Assembly (NCBI GenBank): GCA_041674105.1 | Contig: JBAYWK010000004.1 | Coordinates: 1 to 58,287, forward strand | Direction of reading: 5' to 3' | Source of the DNA: Minisyncoccota bacterium | GTDB lineage: Bacteria; Patescibacteriota; Minisyncoccia; Phycocordibacterales; DATDWN01 | Length of the DNA stretch: 58,287 bases | Part shown: positions 18,921-28,483 of the stretch, in pieces | Layout of the letters: each line of letters begins with the position of its first letter | Position numbering within the stretch: the stretch's first letter is position 1 | Notes under the pieces: model-generated | The model's input: the letters and a program-made list of their open reading frames with translations, nothing else | Databases searched by the model: none | Told to the model about the DNA's origin: nothing | Position numbers and translations under genes: made by a program

Positions 18921-19625
18921 ATGCAAAATAGAAAAATAGATTGGAAAAAATATATATATACCTTTTTTATAACTGCCATCATATTTGGTACGGCTATTTT
19001 TATAAGCAATTATTTTAGCCAAAAAAAATTAGCCGAGATAAGATCAATTCAGGATACCATATCAATAGATATCTTATCCTCAGAGACTCAATTTTCTCTC
19101 CTAGAAGAACTTTCCTGCAAAGACGTAACAACAGAAGTACTCTCAAAAGAATTAGGTAATTTGGAGGAAAAACTAGCCTACACAGAAAAAGACAGAGGAA
19201 GTACTGATTCAGAAGTTCAAACTTTAAAAAGATACTATTCCCTACTTCAAATAAAAGACTACTTACTTATGACAAAAATAAGCCAAAAATGTGATAAAAC
19301 CCCTATTTCAATAGTTTATTTTTATTCAAACAAAGGAGACTGTGAAGACTGCGAGAAAGCAGGCTATGTCCTAACAAAAATGAGACAAGATTATCCAGAG
19401 CTAAGAGTTTATGCTTTTGACTACAACTTAGATATATCTGCCGTTCAAACTCTTATATCTATAAACAAAGTAGAAAACAAACTGCCAGCCCTTATTATAG
19501 GAGAAAAAGTCTACTATGGTTTTCAAACAATAGAAGATTTGAATAAATATCTCCCTGAGCTAGAAGAACTACGCAAACTAAAAAACGCAACTAGCACACA
19601 AGCGACAACAACAAAAATAAAATAA
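18921..19625 (+). CDS. Membrane-anchored hypothetical protein with a C-terminal thioredoxin-like CxxC domain
   Basis: N-terminal TM helix, coiled-coil region, then YFYS..GDCEDC...LRVYAFD...LPALII. Confidence 0.6.
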   Translation: MQNRKIDWKKYIYTFFITAIIFGTAIFISNYFSQKKLAEIRSIQDTISIDILSSETQFSLLEELSCKDVTTEVLSKELGNLEEKLAYTEKDRGSTDSEVQTLKRYYSLLQIKDYLLMTKISQKCDKTPISIVYFYSNKGDCEDCEKAGYVLTKMRQDYPELRVYAFDYNLDISAVQTLISINKVENKLPALIIGEKVYYGFQTIEDLNKYLPELEELRKLKNATSTQATTTKIK

Positions 19626-19659
19626 AAATCTCAAGTTTTTGACTTGAGATTTTTATTTT
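19624..19659. terminator. Bidirectional terminator hairpin
   Basis: aaaaatctcaag...cttgagattttt between the convergent CDS and tRNA. Confidence 0.75.
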
Positions 19660-19735
19660 TGGAGCCACTTGTCAGGTTCGAACTGACGACCTGCCGTTTA
19701 CAAAACGGCTGCTCTACCAACTGAGCTAAAGTGGC
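19660..19735 (-). tRNA. tRNA-Thr(UGU)
   Basis: Reverse complement GCCACTTTAGCTCAGTTGGTAGAGCAGCCGTTTTGTAAACGGCAGGTCGTCAGTTCGAACCTGACAAGTGGCTCCA folds as a cloverleaf with anticodon TGT and encoded CCA. Confidence 0.97.
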
Positions 19736-19788
19736 ATACGTAATATAAATTACCTGTATAATTTATCATTATACAGGTAATTTTTCAA

Positions 19789-20169
19789 CTACACTATATC
19801 CTTCTTATTTTTTGATTTATCTTCTGTTATATTCTTCAAAAAATTGGAAACAGAACCTTTATTTCTTAGCATCCTTTTGCCTCTAAACTGATCCCCGGCG
19901 ATATAATATCTTTTTGCTACATAGTCTTTCAGTTTTATTAATACTTCATACATATAAGAAGGGAGAAACTCAAATATAAATATTTTTGTTATCTTCTTGT
20001 AGCGATTATATTTATATACGCAAAAGCCTATAAACTCATATATTTTACTATCTGTTTTTTCAAAAACTGAAGAAGTAAAATAAACCTTACCTGTATAAGA
20101 TTGCAGTATCTTTGTACTTATCATTGCAAATATAGCAATAAGAGAACCTATAAAAAATATAGTTGTCAT
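19789..20169 (-). CDS. Hypothetical protein with an N-terminal TM helix
   Basis: 126 aa ORF co-oriented with tsf; hydrophobic N-terminus. Confidence 0.65.
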   Translation of the reverse strand: MTTIFFIGSLIAIFAMISTKILQSYTGKVYFTSSVFEKTDSKIYEFIGFCVYKYNRYKKITKIFIFEFLPSYMYEVLIKLKDYVAKRYYIAGDQFRGKRMLRNKGSVSNFLKNITEDKSKNKKDIV

Positions 20170-20179
20170 AATTTTGAAC

Positions 20180-20767
20180 TTATTGAGATATAGAATATCT
20201 AGTGAAATTAGATAATTCTATTTTTTCACCAAACTTCTGAATAGCACTTTCTATTAAGTTTTTTATAGAAACTTCAGGATTCTTGATAAAAGACTGGTCT
20301 AATAAAACCCTTTCCTTCCAATAAGAAGCTAGCTTTCCTTCTAATATTTTTTCTTGCATATCTTTAGGCTTGTCTAAAACTTCTTTCATAAACATCTCCT
20401 TTGCTAGCTCTTTAGAATGATCATCAACATCTTCCACTTTTAAAAACTGAGGGTTACTAGCTGATATATGCATAGCTATATCGCGAGCAAGTTTCTTAAA
20501 CTCATCGTTATTAGACACAAAGTCTGTTTCGCAAAGTAGTTCTACCATAGCCCCCACTCTATGAGTATTATGAATATAACATTCTACTACTCCAGAACTA
20601 AGTTCTCTATCACCTTTTTTTAAAGCTATTTCAGCACTCTTTTTCTGCAAAACCATTATAGCTTTTTCTATATCACCTTTTGTTTCTTCCAAAGCTTTTT
20701 TACATTGCATAATAGAAACACCTGTTTTATCACGCAACTGTTTTATAATATCAGTTGTAATTTCCAT
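20180..20767 (-). CDS. tsf: Elongation factor Ts (short form)
   Basis: IKQLRDKTGVSIMQCKKAL, ELLCETDFV; adjacent to rpsB. Confidence 0.95.
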   Translation of the reverse strand: MEITTDIIKQLRDKTGVSIMQCKKALEETKGDIEKAIMVLQKKSAEIALKKGDRELSSGVVECYIHNTHRVGAMVELLCETDFVSNNDEFKKLARDIAMHISASNPQFLKVEDVDDHSKELAKEMFMKEVLDKPKDMQEKILEGKLASYWKERVLLDQSFIKNPEVSIKNLIESAIQKFGEKIELSNFTRYSISQ

Positions 20768-20784
20768 ATAATTAGTTTAAAAGA

Positions 20785-21510
20785 TTAATTTTTCTTAAGA
20801 AGACCTTCTTTGTAAGCATTTGCTACTTGTCTTAGGAAAAACTCAATACTTGCTTTTGAGGCATCGTTGCCCGGAATAGGATAATCGATATTAGATATGT
20901 TGTTATCTGTACCACATAGAGCTATAACAGGAATATTCATATAAAAAGCCTCAGCCAAAACTATAGACTCCTTTTTGCTATCAACAATAAAGACAGCGTC
21001 TGGGAGCTTTTTCATAACACTTAGTCCAAAGAAGAACCTCTTTAGTGTATCAATTTCTCTGTCAATTAACAATCTTTCTTTCTTAGTATATTTTGCAAGT
21101 TCACCTTTCTCTTTTTGGGAAACTAAGTCTTCTAGTCTTACTACTCTCTTTCTTATCTCTGGGAAATTAGTCAAAGTTCCTCCAATAAATCTTCCTGAAA
21201 CGTAAGGCATATTTATACTATCTGCAACTGTTTCTATAGCCTCGTGAGCCTCATTTTTACCCCCTATAAACAATATACTACCGTTTTTAGCAGCTATAGT
21301 CTTAACAAACCCTAAAGCCTTATCAAGGTTTTCTTTTGTTTTTTCTAGATCAAAAATCTCAATTTTATTTTTTACCCCAAAAATAAAAGGTTTTAAAGAA
21401 GGGTGTCTTCTAGACTTAACGAAGCCAAAATGGGCTCCAACGGAAAACATCCTATTCAGGACTTCATCTTCTACAATAGTAGAATTATTTACATTTTGTA
21501 CTTTATCCAT
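20785..21510 (-). CDS. rpsB: 30S ribosomal protein S2 (start moved to ATG 21510)
   Basis: GAHFG, IFDLEKT, RFIGGTLTN, IPGND motifs; the longer ORF call overlaps prfA. Confidence 0.95.
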   Translation of the reverse strand: MDKVQNVNNSTIVEDEVLNRMFSVGAHFGFVKSRRHPSLKPFIFGVKNKIEIFDLEKTKENLDKALGFVKTIAAKNGSILFIGGKNEAHEAIETVADSINMPYVSGRFIGGTLTNFPEIRKRVVRLEDLVSQKEKGELAKYTKKERLLIDREIDTLKRFFFGLSVMKKLPDAVFIVDSKKESIVLAEAFYMNIPVIALCGTDNNISNIDYPIPGNDASKASIEFFLRQVANAYKEGLLKKN

Positions 21511-21553
21511 ATAGGAGGTCATTTTAGCAGAAAGTTTATACTTATGCAATACC

Positions 21554-22519
21554 TTATTCAGAAACTTCACTTTCGCCAGAGAAACTAGCCATAGAGTCAA
21601 GTATTGGTTCTATTTCGCCCATCATTATCTTTTCTATATTATGCCAAGATTGTTTTATACGGTGGTCTGTAATCCTATCTTGAAGTATATTATATGTTCT
21701 TATCTTTTCGGACCTATCTGCAGTACCTATCTGATCTTTCCTATCTTTTGAGTATTTCTTAGCCTCTTCTTCTTCTTTTAAGACTTCTAATTTTGAAACC
21801 AAAATACTCATAGCTTTTTCTCTATTTTTAAGCTGACTCCTTTCAGAAGTACACCTAACATCTATTCCCGTTGGTTTATGTATCAGTCTAACGGCCGTTT
21901 CAACCTTATTAACATTTTGTCCACCAGCGCCCCCTGAACGAGAAAATTCTATTTCCAACTCTGTAGGATTTATTACGATAGATGTCTTTTTTCTAACAGG
22001 TAAAATAGCTACAGATGCTGTAGATGTATGGACTCTACCCATTTTTTCTGTAGTAGGTATCCTCTGTATTCTATGAACACCAGTCTCATATCTCAATCTC
22101 TCATAAACCCCCTCACCTCTTATTTGAAACGAAGCTTCTTTATAACCACCTACAGCACTTCTAGATTCATTGACCACTGAAACATTCCACCCTTTATTTT
22201 GGGCGTATTTTGTATACATCAGAGAAAGCTCCTCTGCAAAAAGAGAAGCTTCTTCTCCCCCAGCACCAGCTCTGACTTCTAATATAATCTCATTTGGAAA
22301 TTCCTCTTCTTTTTCCTCTACAGAAACAATATCTTCCATTTGGTTCCAAAGCGCCTCCTTTTGAACACGAATAGATTCCAAATCAGATACAACCAAATCC
22401 GCCAAAGAAGCGTCTTCTTCTATCATTGCTTTTGTAGAAACTTCTTCTGCTTCAAGTCTTTTGTAAGTTTCTGCTAAATAAGATGTTTTTGAATTTTGTA
22501 AAAATTTTTCTAAGTCCAT
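21554..22519 (-). CDS. prfA: Peptide chain release factor 1
   Basis: [12 protein letters not shown] (PxT), GAGGQNVNK (GGQ), RSEKIRTYN. Confidence 0.95.
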   Translation of the reverse strand: MDLEKFLQNSKTSYLAETYKRLEAEEVSTKAMIEEDASLADLVVSDLESIRVQKEALWNQMEDIVSVEEKEEEFPNEIILEVRAGAGGEEASLFAEELSLMYTKYAQNKGWNVSVVNESRSAVGGYKEASFQIRGEGVYERLRYETGVHRIQRIPTTEKMGRVHTSTASVAILPVRKKTSIVINPTELEIEFSRSGGAGGQNVNKVETAVRLIHKPTGIDVRCTSERSQLKNREKAMSILVSKLEVLKEEEEAKKYSKDRKDQIGTADRSEKIRTYNILQDRITDHRIKQSWHNIEKIMMGEIEPILDSMASFSGESEVSE

Positions 22520-22585
22520 TTGATTGGTTTAAGTATAACAAAAAACAACCCCTTGTAATAAAATACAAGGCGTTGCTTAGATTAG

Positions 22586-22852
22586 TTACTTTGATGTACT
22601 CTTTTTTGCTTTAGCAACTTTAGCTTTAAATTTCTCTACTCTACCGGCTGTGTCTAGACTCTTTTCGTTACCAGTGTAGAAAGGATGAGAAGCTGAAGAA
22701 ACATCAAGTCTATAGACTGGATATTCTTTACCGTCTTTAGCTTTAGCTGTATCAACTGTACTTACAGCAGAAGATATGACGAATTCTGCGCCATTTGAGT
22801 TGTCCACAAATAAGACTTTTCTATAATTTTCTGGGTGTATGTCTTTTTTCAT
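22586..22852 (-). CDS. rpmE2: 50S ribosomal protein L31 type B
   Basis: MKKDIHPENYRKVLFVD...DVSSASHPFYTG...GRVEKF; no cysteines. Confidence 0.93.
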   Translation of the reverse strand: MKKDIHPENYRKVLFVDNSNGAEFVISSAVSTVDTAKAKDGKEYPVYRLDVSSASHPFYTGNEKSLDTAGRVEKFKAKVAKAKKSTSK

Positions 22853-22895
22853 TGCCGGTATACTTTATCAAAAGTAGGATCTTTTTGCAAGATCA

Positions 22896-24251
22896 CTAAA
22901 GGTTTCTCAGAGGATCGATCATTGTTTCTTGTATATTTGTAGCCCTACTCATAACTTGGTTACCATAGAAAGTATTGGATGGAGTTTTATTATCACAAGC
23001 TCTTCCAGAGTAATATCTACAAGCAGCATTTCTCTCGGCTGTATATCCCCCAGAATCTGCACCAAGCTCACCCATATAAATGGCTGTAGCCATAACAGCA
23101 TGCTTAGGATTCCATGGATCTGGAGCGGAAACACCCAAGGCAGTAGCAATCTTTGATTTAAACAATAACCATGTACTAGGAATAAACTGAGACGGCCCCA
23201 TAGCTCCTCCCCAACCTCCTCCCCAAGGACAAGATAAAGGAGTTCCATCCTGAGGAATACCAAGCTCTGTTGTTATTTGAACAAAAATACTCTGGTCATC
23301 TCTCCTGGATTTTCCTGAAGCCTTGTCTTCTGGACCTGGCATTATGACTTTCCAGCTCTTGGAAGCTGGGTCCCCAGCCCTGTTACAAGTTCCGACATTT
23401 TGTCCAAGGTTTGACTCTTGTTGTAATATAGCCAATATCAAAGCAGGTCTGACCCCTGTCTTTTCCGAAGCAAATTCTGCATAAGTCAAAGCATCTCCAA
23501 AAGGAATAGCGCTACTATCTCTCAAAGAGAAGAGTGCCGCCCTAATCTCAGCTGCTTTTTTCTGTCTTTCAGCTAAAACTTGGGCATAAGTTTTTTCTTG
23601 AGTTTTATTAACTTTAATCAAATACTGTTTTTCTTTCTCATTTTTCTCCACTTCTCTCTTTTGAGCTTCTATGGTTGCTTTAGTATCTGCCTCCTTATTT
23701 TTTTTAATAGCTAACGCCTCTTTTTCAGCTTGCGTTAGATCTTTATTTTGTCTTATCTCTACAAACAAATCTCTCATTGATCTTTTTATAGAATTAAAAG
23801 AATCTATGTCTGAAAAAAATTCTGATATATTTCTATTTGCCAAAATTATTTCAGGGAGAGAATAAGAATCAATTTCATTTGTTTTTCTAATAAGTTGAGC
23901 AAGAGAATCATGTCCTTGTTCTATTTTTTGTTCCAAATCATTTATAGTATTTGTTTTTTGGTCTATATCACGGCCGAGCTGTTCTATAGCAATATTTCTC
24001 TGTCTTATAAAAGCTTGAGCTTCTTTAATTTTTGCATTCAAAACAGCCGCATCTTTTTCCAAAGACGCCGTACCTTTTTTGGTTTGACTCAGGACAGCTT
24101 GCCACTCAGCTATTTCTTTTTCTGTCGCTGCTAACTCCTCACGCCAAATAGCCTCTTGCTCTTCTTTTGTCACAGCGTAACTAAAAGAAAACAGAGCTCC
24201 AAACAATGCTAAAGAAAATATGGCTAAAAATAAGAACTTTTTGGTAAACAT
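22896..24251 (-). CDS. Secreted coiled-coil protein with a C-terminal lytic murein transglycosylase (SLT_2-like) domain
   Basis: Signal peptide, long coiled coil, then AILQQESNLG and GGAMGPSQFIPSTW. Confidence 0.8.
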   Translation of the reverse strand: MFTKKFLFLAIFSLALFGALFSFSYAVTKEEQEAIWREELAATEKEIAEWQAVLSQTKKGTASLEKDAAVLNAKIKEAQAFIRQRNIAIEQLGRDIDQKTNTINDLEQKIEQGHDSLAQLIRKTNEIDSYSLPEIILANRNISEFFSDIDSFNSIKRSMRDLFVEIRQNKDLTQAEKEALAIKKNKEADTKATIEAQKREVEKNEKEKQYLIKVNKTQEKTYAQVLAERQKKAAEIRAALFSLRDSSAIPFGDALTYAEFASEKTGVRPALILAILQQESNLGQNVGTCNRAGDPASKSWKVIMPGPEDKASGKSRRDDQSIFVQITTELGIPQDGTPLSCPWGGGWGGAMGPSQFIPSTWLLFKSKIATALGVSAPDPWNPKHAVMATAIYMGELGADSGGYTAERNAACRYYSGRACDNKTPSNTFYGNQVMSRATNIQETMIDPLRNL

Positions 24252-24282
24252 AAAAAGAGAAACTTAAAACTAGTAAAGGTTT

Positions 24283-24915
24283 TTACCCCTCTAACTCTTC
24301 TTCTTTCTTTCCTTTCTTCTCAACTTCTATTGCAGATAGATCAACTTGCTCAGTAGGTTCTTCCACTTCTTCCTCAGGTAATTCGGCAACAACTACGACA
24401 GCATCATCTTCTTCCAAGAGTTCAACCCCGGCTGGTAATTTTAGATCTTTAGCAAGTATCTGGCTACCAATTTCTGCCAAAGAAGAAACATCAACTATTA
24501 TTGAGTGAGGAATATTTTGTGGATCAGAAAATATATTTATTTCGTGTAGAACTTTTATCAAGTTACATCCAGCATCTTTTATAGCTGGTGATATTCCGAT
24601 AAATTCTACAGGCACAGAAACTTCAATCTTTTTACCTTTCTCAAAGGCATAAAAGTCTGCATGAACTGGGACATCATTTATAGGATGCATATCAATATTT
24701 TTTATCAAAACATCTACCTTATCCTTTGGTGAGACCAAAGTAATGACCCCAGATTCCCCTACTTTCTTCCATACTTTAACAAATTCTTTTTGAAGAATTT
24801 TTATAGGTGTAGATTCAGTCTTTTTACCATAAAAAACAGCTGGTATATAGCCATCTTTTCTCAAATTTGCTAGATTTTCTTTCATATCCCTTGTTTGTAT
24901 TTCTAAAGTAGTCAT
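24283..24915 (-). CDS. rplY: 50S ribosomal protein L25/Ctc
   Basis: LRKDGYIPAVFYG, HPIND..VHADFY; C-terminal TL5-type domain and acidic tail. Confidence 0.93.
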   Translation of the reverse strand: MTTLEIQTRDMKENLANLRKDGYIPAVFYGKKTESTPIKILQKEFVKVWKKVGESGVITLVSPKDKVDVLIKNIDMHPINDVPVHADFYAFEKGKKIEVSVPVEFIGISPAIKDAGCNLIKVLHEINIFSDPQNIPHSIIVDVSSLAEIGSQILAKDLKLPAGVELLEEDDAVVVVAELPEEEVEEPTEQVDLSAIEVEKKGKKEEELEG

Positions 24916-24952
24916 TAAGACAGTATATACATACTAAAGGAAAAAATCAAAT

Positions 24953-25924
24953 CTATACTATGACCTTGTTTTTAAGCTCTTTTCCTTCAAAAAAGTCTAT
25001 AATGTTGCTAGCAGCCAAAATAGACATATCATTTCTAGTTTTTATGGTAGAAGAAGCTATATGAGGAGTGAGAACGACATTTTGAAGTTTATTTAGACCT
25101 TTAGCTAGTTTTGGTTCTTTCTCAAAAACATCTATACCCGCTCCGCAGATTACCTTGTTTTTCAAAGCCCAAACTAAAGCATCCTCATCTATTACTGGAC
25201 CTCTAGAAGTATTTACCAGATAAGCTGTCTTTTTCATCAAACTTAATCTTTCTTTATTTATTAAATGTCTTGTTGAATCAAGAAGTGGAACATGAATACT
25301 AACCACATCAGAAGAAGAAAGAAGCTCCTCTGGTGTAGGATGAAAAACCGCCTCGTAATCTCTTTCAAAATCTTCATTTCTTTTTATATCATAATATCCA
25401 ACCTTCATATTAAAACCTCTAGCTAAAATATGAGCAACTTGAAAACCAATTTTGCCAGCTCCTAGAATCCCAATCTTTTTTCCAGACAAATCTTGACCCA
25501 AAAAAAGCATTGGATCCCAACCCTGATATTTGCCTTTTCTAGTAAACCTATCCGCTTCCACTATCCGACAAGATACAGCCATAAGCAAAGCTACAGTATG
25601 CTCAGCAACAGCGTCCGATGAAGCTCCTGGAGTGTTTGTCACGACTATTTCCCTTTTGTCTGCCTCTTTCACATCTATGTTGTTGAAACCAACAGCATAG
25701 TTGGAAAACAATTTAACAGAAGGTACAGCATCAAAAATATCTTTGTCTATAGTATCTGTCAAAAGAGACAAAACCGCATCATAAGGTTTCTTTTTTAGTT
25801 GTTTTACCAATTCTCTTTTACTTAAAATCCTGTCTTTAGGATTAATGTCCACCTCATATCCTTTTGAAAGTAATAAATTTATTCCCGATTCAGGAATAAC
25901 TCTAGTAACATAAATCTTTTTCAT
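24953..25924 (-). CDS. D-2-hydroxyacid dehydrogenase (D-glycerate dehydrogenase/glyoxylate reductase family)
   Basis: AVGFNNIDV, GILGAGKIG Rossmann motif, NTSRG, DVFEKEP, TPHIAS. Confidence 0.9.
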   Translation of the reverse strand: MKKIYVTRVIPESGINLLLSKGYEVDINPKDRILSKRELVKQLKKKPYDAVLSLLTDTIDKDIFDAVPSVKLFSNYAVGFNNIDVKEADKREIVVTNTPGASSDAVAEHTVALLMAVSCRIVEADRFTRKGKYQGWDPMLFLGQDLSGKKIGILGAGKIGFQVAHILARGFNMKVGYYDIKRNEDFERDYEAVFHPTPEELLSSSDVVSIHVPLLDSTRHLINKERLSLMKKTAYLVNTSRGPVIDEDALVWALKNKVICGAGIDVFEKEPKLAKGLNKLQNVVLTPHIASSTIKTRNDMSILAASNIIDFFEGKELKNKVIV

Positions 25925-25941
25925 ACTATAAATATATCTGA

Positions 25942-26814
25942 TTAAGAAAGACCATTAAATAATTTTAATTTTTTCAAAACAACATCTTCTACATCTTTTA
26001 CTCCTTGTTTCAAAAACTTATAAGGCGCAACCTCATCTGGATTTTCTTGTAAAAACTTCGTAATTCCTTTTTTATAAGCAATCCTTATTTCTGTGTTTAT
26101 ATGAATGATAGAGATTCCAGCTTCTATAGCCTGTTTAAAATCATCAATCGAACTTCCAGAACCTCCGTGCAAAACCAAAGGAACTTTTGCTTCATCCTTT
26201 ATTCTTTTTATCAAATCAATATGCAATCTTGGATTTATCCCTGTCCTAAACATCCCGTGGACATTTCCAACAGAAGGAGCAAGCAGATCTATACCTGTCT
26301 TTTCTACAAACTCTTTTGCTTTATCAGGATGAGTCATAGATTCTTCATCAGAAGAAACTCCTTCTGGTATTTCATCTAATATTTTTGAAGAAGTCCCAAT
26401 ATAACCTATCTCAGCTTCCACTAAAACCTCTGGTCTAGTAGACCTAACATAATCAACGCACTTTTTTGTTTCCACAACATTATCCTCAAAAGAAAGTTTA
26501 GCCCCATCAAAAATAACAGAATCAAAACCAGCATCTACCACCTCTTTTACTCTCTCAAAAGAATAAGTATGGTCGGCGTTTAAAAATATGGGATAATTGT
26601 ATTCCTCTCTAATACTTTTCACCATAGAAGCAACCTGCTTCACTCCAATAAAATCTCTTTCACCTTCTGAAACCCCTATTATAATAGGAACTCCAAGTGT
26701 TTGAGCTGGACGAAAAACTCCCCAAATACCATCGCTATTTGAAATATTAAAATGTCCGATAGCTACTTTTTTATCTTGTGCCTCATAAATATATTCTTTC
26801 AGTGTTTTTATCAT
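25942..26814 (-). CDS. fba: Class II fructose-bisphosphate aldolase
   Basis: NADHT, FDSVIFDG, EAEIG, GNVHG, VLHGGSG, NTEIR. Confidence 0.9.
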   Translation of the reverse strand: MIKTLKEYIYEAQDKKVAIGHFNISNSDGIWGVFRPAQTLGVPIIIGVSEGERDFIGVKQVASMVKSIREEYNYPIFLNADHTYSFERVKEVVDAGFDSVIFDGAKLSFEDNVVETKKCVDYVRSTRPEVLVEAEIGYIGTSSKILDEIPEGVSSDEESMTHPDKAKEFVEKTGIDLLAPSVGNVHGMFRTGINPRLHIDLIKRIKDEAKVPLVLHGGSGSSIDDFKQAIEAGISIIHINTEIRIAYKKGITKFLQENPDEVAPYKFLKQGVKDVEDVVLKKLKLFNGLS

Positions 26815-26850
26815 AAATACATTATATAACAGTAAAAATCTTTTACAAAA

Positions 26851-26881
26851 GATAAGCCGTTGTCTTCACAACGGCTTATTC
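26851..26881 (-). terminator. Intrinsic terminator of the orphan gene
   Basis: Perfect 11-bp inverted repeat ataagccgttg/caacggcttat overlapping the stop; followed by cttttgt on minus. Confidence 0.75.
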
Positions 26882-27336
26882 GCACTAAGGACTCTTCTAT
26901 TTGGAAACCATTCTCTATTTTCCCTAACGCTCTTATCGTAACCACGAACAGTCCACAGTCCACCTTTTTCCACCAAAACTAGCAAATGATTCTCTCCTGT
27001 CAGAGGACTTGTAGATATAAAAAGATTTGATACTCCAATGAGCGATGATCTTGTAGCCAAAAGATAAAAAATATTTGCCAGCGATATAGGACCAAGATCC
27101 CCTGTTTCGCTAATAAGATCTTCTTCGTGAAATGCTTTCGTGCATTCACAAGAAAATATTAAATGTGATGGCTCTGGGAAAATAACGGCTCCCTCAAACC
27201 ATTTACAAAAATTTTGACCATGTTTGCCAAACCTTATTGGAGAAGTACTTTCAGAAAAAATGTACTTATCCACATGAAAGGGTTCAAACCTTTCTGGAGT
27301 ACTCGTTCTATAAATAGAACTTACCAAATGTGACAT
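26866..27336 (-). CDS. Orphan hypothetical protein inserted in the sugar-metabolism cluster
   Basis: 156 aa ORF with strong SD (GGAGGTG, 27341-27347), TTGACA-18-TAGTAT promoter-like site and its own terminator. Confidence 0.7.
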   Translation of the reverse strand: MSHLVSSIYRTSTPERFEPFHVDKYIFSESTSPIRFGKHGQNFCKWFEGAVIFPEPSHLIFSCECTKAFHEEDLISETGDLGPISLANIFYLLATRSSLIGVSNLFISTSPLTGENHLLVLVEKGGLWTVRGYDKSVRENREWFPNRRVLSANKPL

Positions 27337-27418
27337 ATCTCACCTCCAACTCAATACTAGACCTCCAGTACAAGAGTTGTCAACGCCTTAATTTTGAAAA
27401 TGATGTTATAATTTCTTT

Positions 27419-28402
27419 ATGACAAAAATAGATATTTTAGCCATTGGCGACATTACAACAGATGCATTTATTAGAATAAAAGACGCAACTGTAGACTGTG
27501 ATGTGGATTCAGAAAATTGTAAGCTTTGCGTAAAATTTGGAGATAAGATTCCTTATGAATCTGTAGATATAGTCAGAGCTGTTGGAAATAGTGCCAACGC
27601 ATCTGTGTCTTCTGCTAGGCTAGGACTCCACTCTGCTCTACTTGCATACATAGGAAACGATCAGAATGGAAAAGAATGTAAAGAAGAACTAGAAAGAAAC
27701 AATGTAGATACAACATATGTCCGAGTTGAGGATGGTAAAAATACAAATTACCATTATGTTCTTTGGTACGATGTAGAGAGAACAATACTGGTAAAACATG
27801 AGACTTTTTCATACAAACTTGGTGACATAGACCATCCAAAATGGATCTACCTAAGCTCTCTTGGAGAAAACTCACTACCTTACCATTTAGAAATCGCTGA
27901 CTTTATAGAAAAAAATCCTGAAACAAAACTAGCTTTTCAACCTGGGACTTTCCAAATTCGCCTTGGAGCGAAAACTTTAGAAAAAATATATAAAAATACA
28001 GAAGTTTTTTTCTGTAACGTAGAAGAAGCTCAAAAAATACTAGATGAAAAGACAAGAGACCTTCCTACCCTTCTTTCAAAAATGAAAGAGTTGGGGCCAA
28101 AAATTATTTGTATTACAGATGGTATAAATGGTGCCTACACTTTTGATGGAAATAAGAGACTTTTTGTTCCTATATACCCTCAAGAAGCCTTTGAAAGGAC
28201 AGGTGCTGGAGATGCTTTCGCCTCCACATTTATTTCAGCTCTAGCAAAAGGTAAAACATTGGAGGAAGCTATGCTTTGGGGACCAATAAACTCTATGTCT
28301 GTAGTCAAAGACGTTGGCGCCCAAAGAGGCCTTTTGTCCGAAGAAAAACTACTGGACTACTTATCCAAAGCTCCAGAAGATTACAAAGTAAAAGAGATAT
28401 AA
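27419..28402 (+). CDS. PfkB-family carbohydrate kinase
   Basis: GNSANASV..ARLG N-terminal signature; ERTGAGDAFAS C-terminal signature. Confidence 0.92.
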   Translation: MTKIDILAIGDITTDAFIRIKDATVDCDVDSENCKLCVKFGDKIPYESVDIVRAVGNSANASVSSARLGLHSALLAYIGNDQNGKECKEELERNNVDTTYVRVEDGKNTNYHYVLWYDVERTILVKHETFSYKLGDIDHPKWIYLSSLGENSLPYHLEIADFIEKNPETKLAFQPGTFQIRLGAKTLEKIYKNTEVFFCNVEEAQKILDEKTRDLPTLLSKMKELGPKIICITDGINGAYTFDGNKRLFVPIYPQEAFERTGAGDAFASTFISALAKGKTLEEAMLWGPINSMSVVKDVGAQRGLLSEEKLLDYLSKAPEDYKVKEI

Positions 28403-28483
28403 AAAAAGAGACCACTTTTGGTAGTCTCTCATGTTCACCTCCTTTCTTGGTGGACCTTTTTACAGCTGATCAGGCTGACTGGG

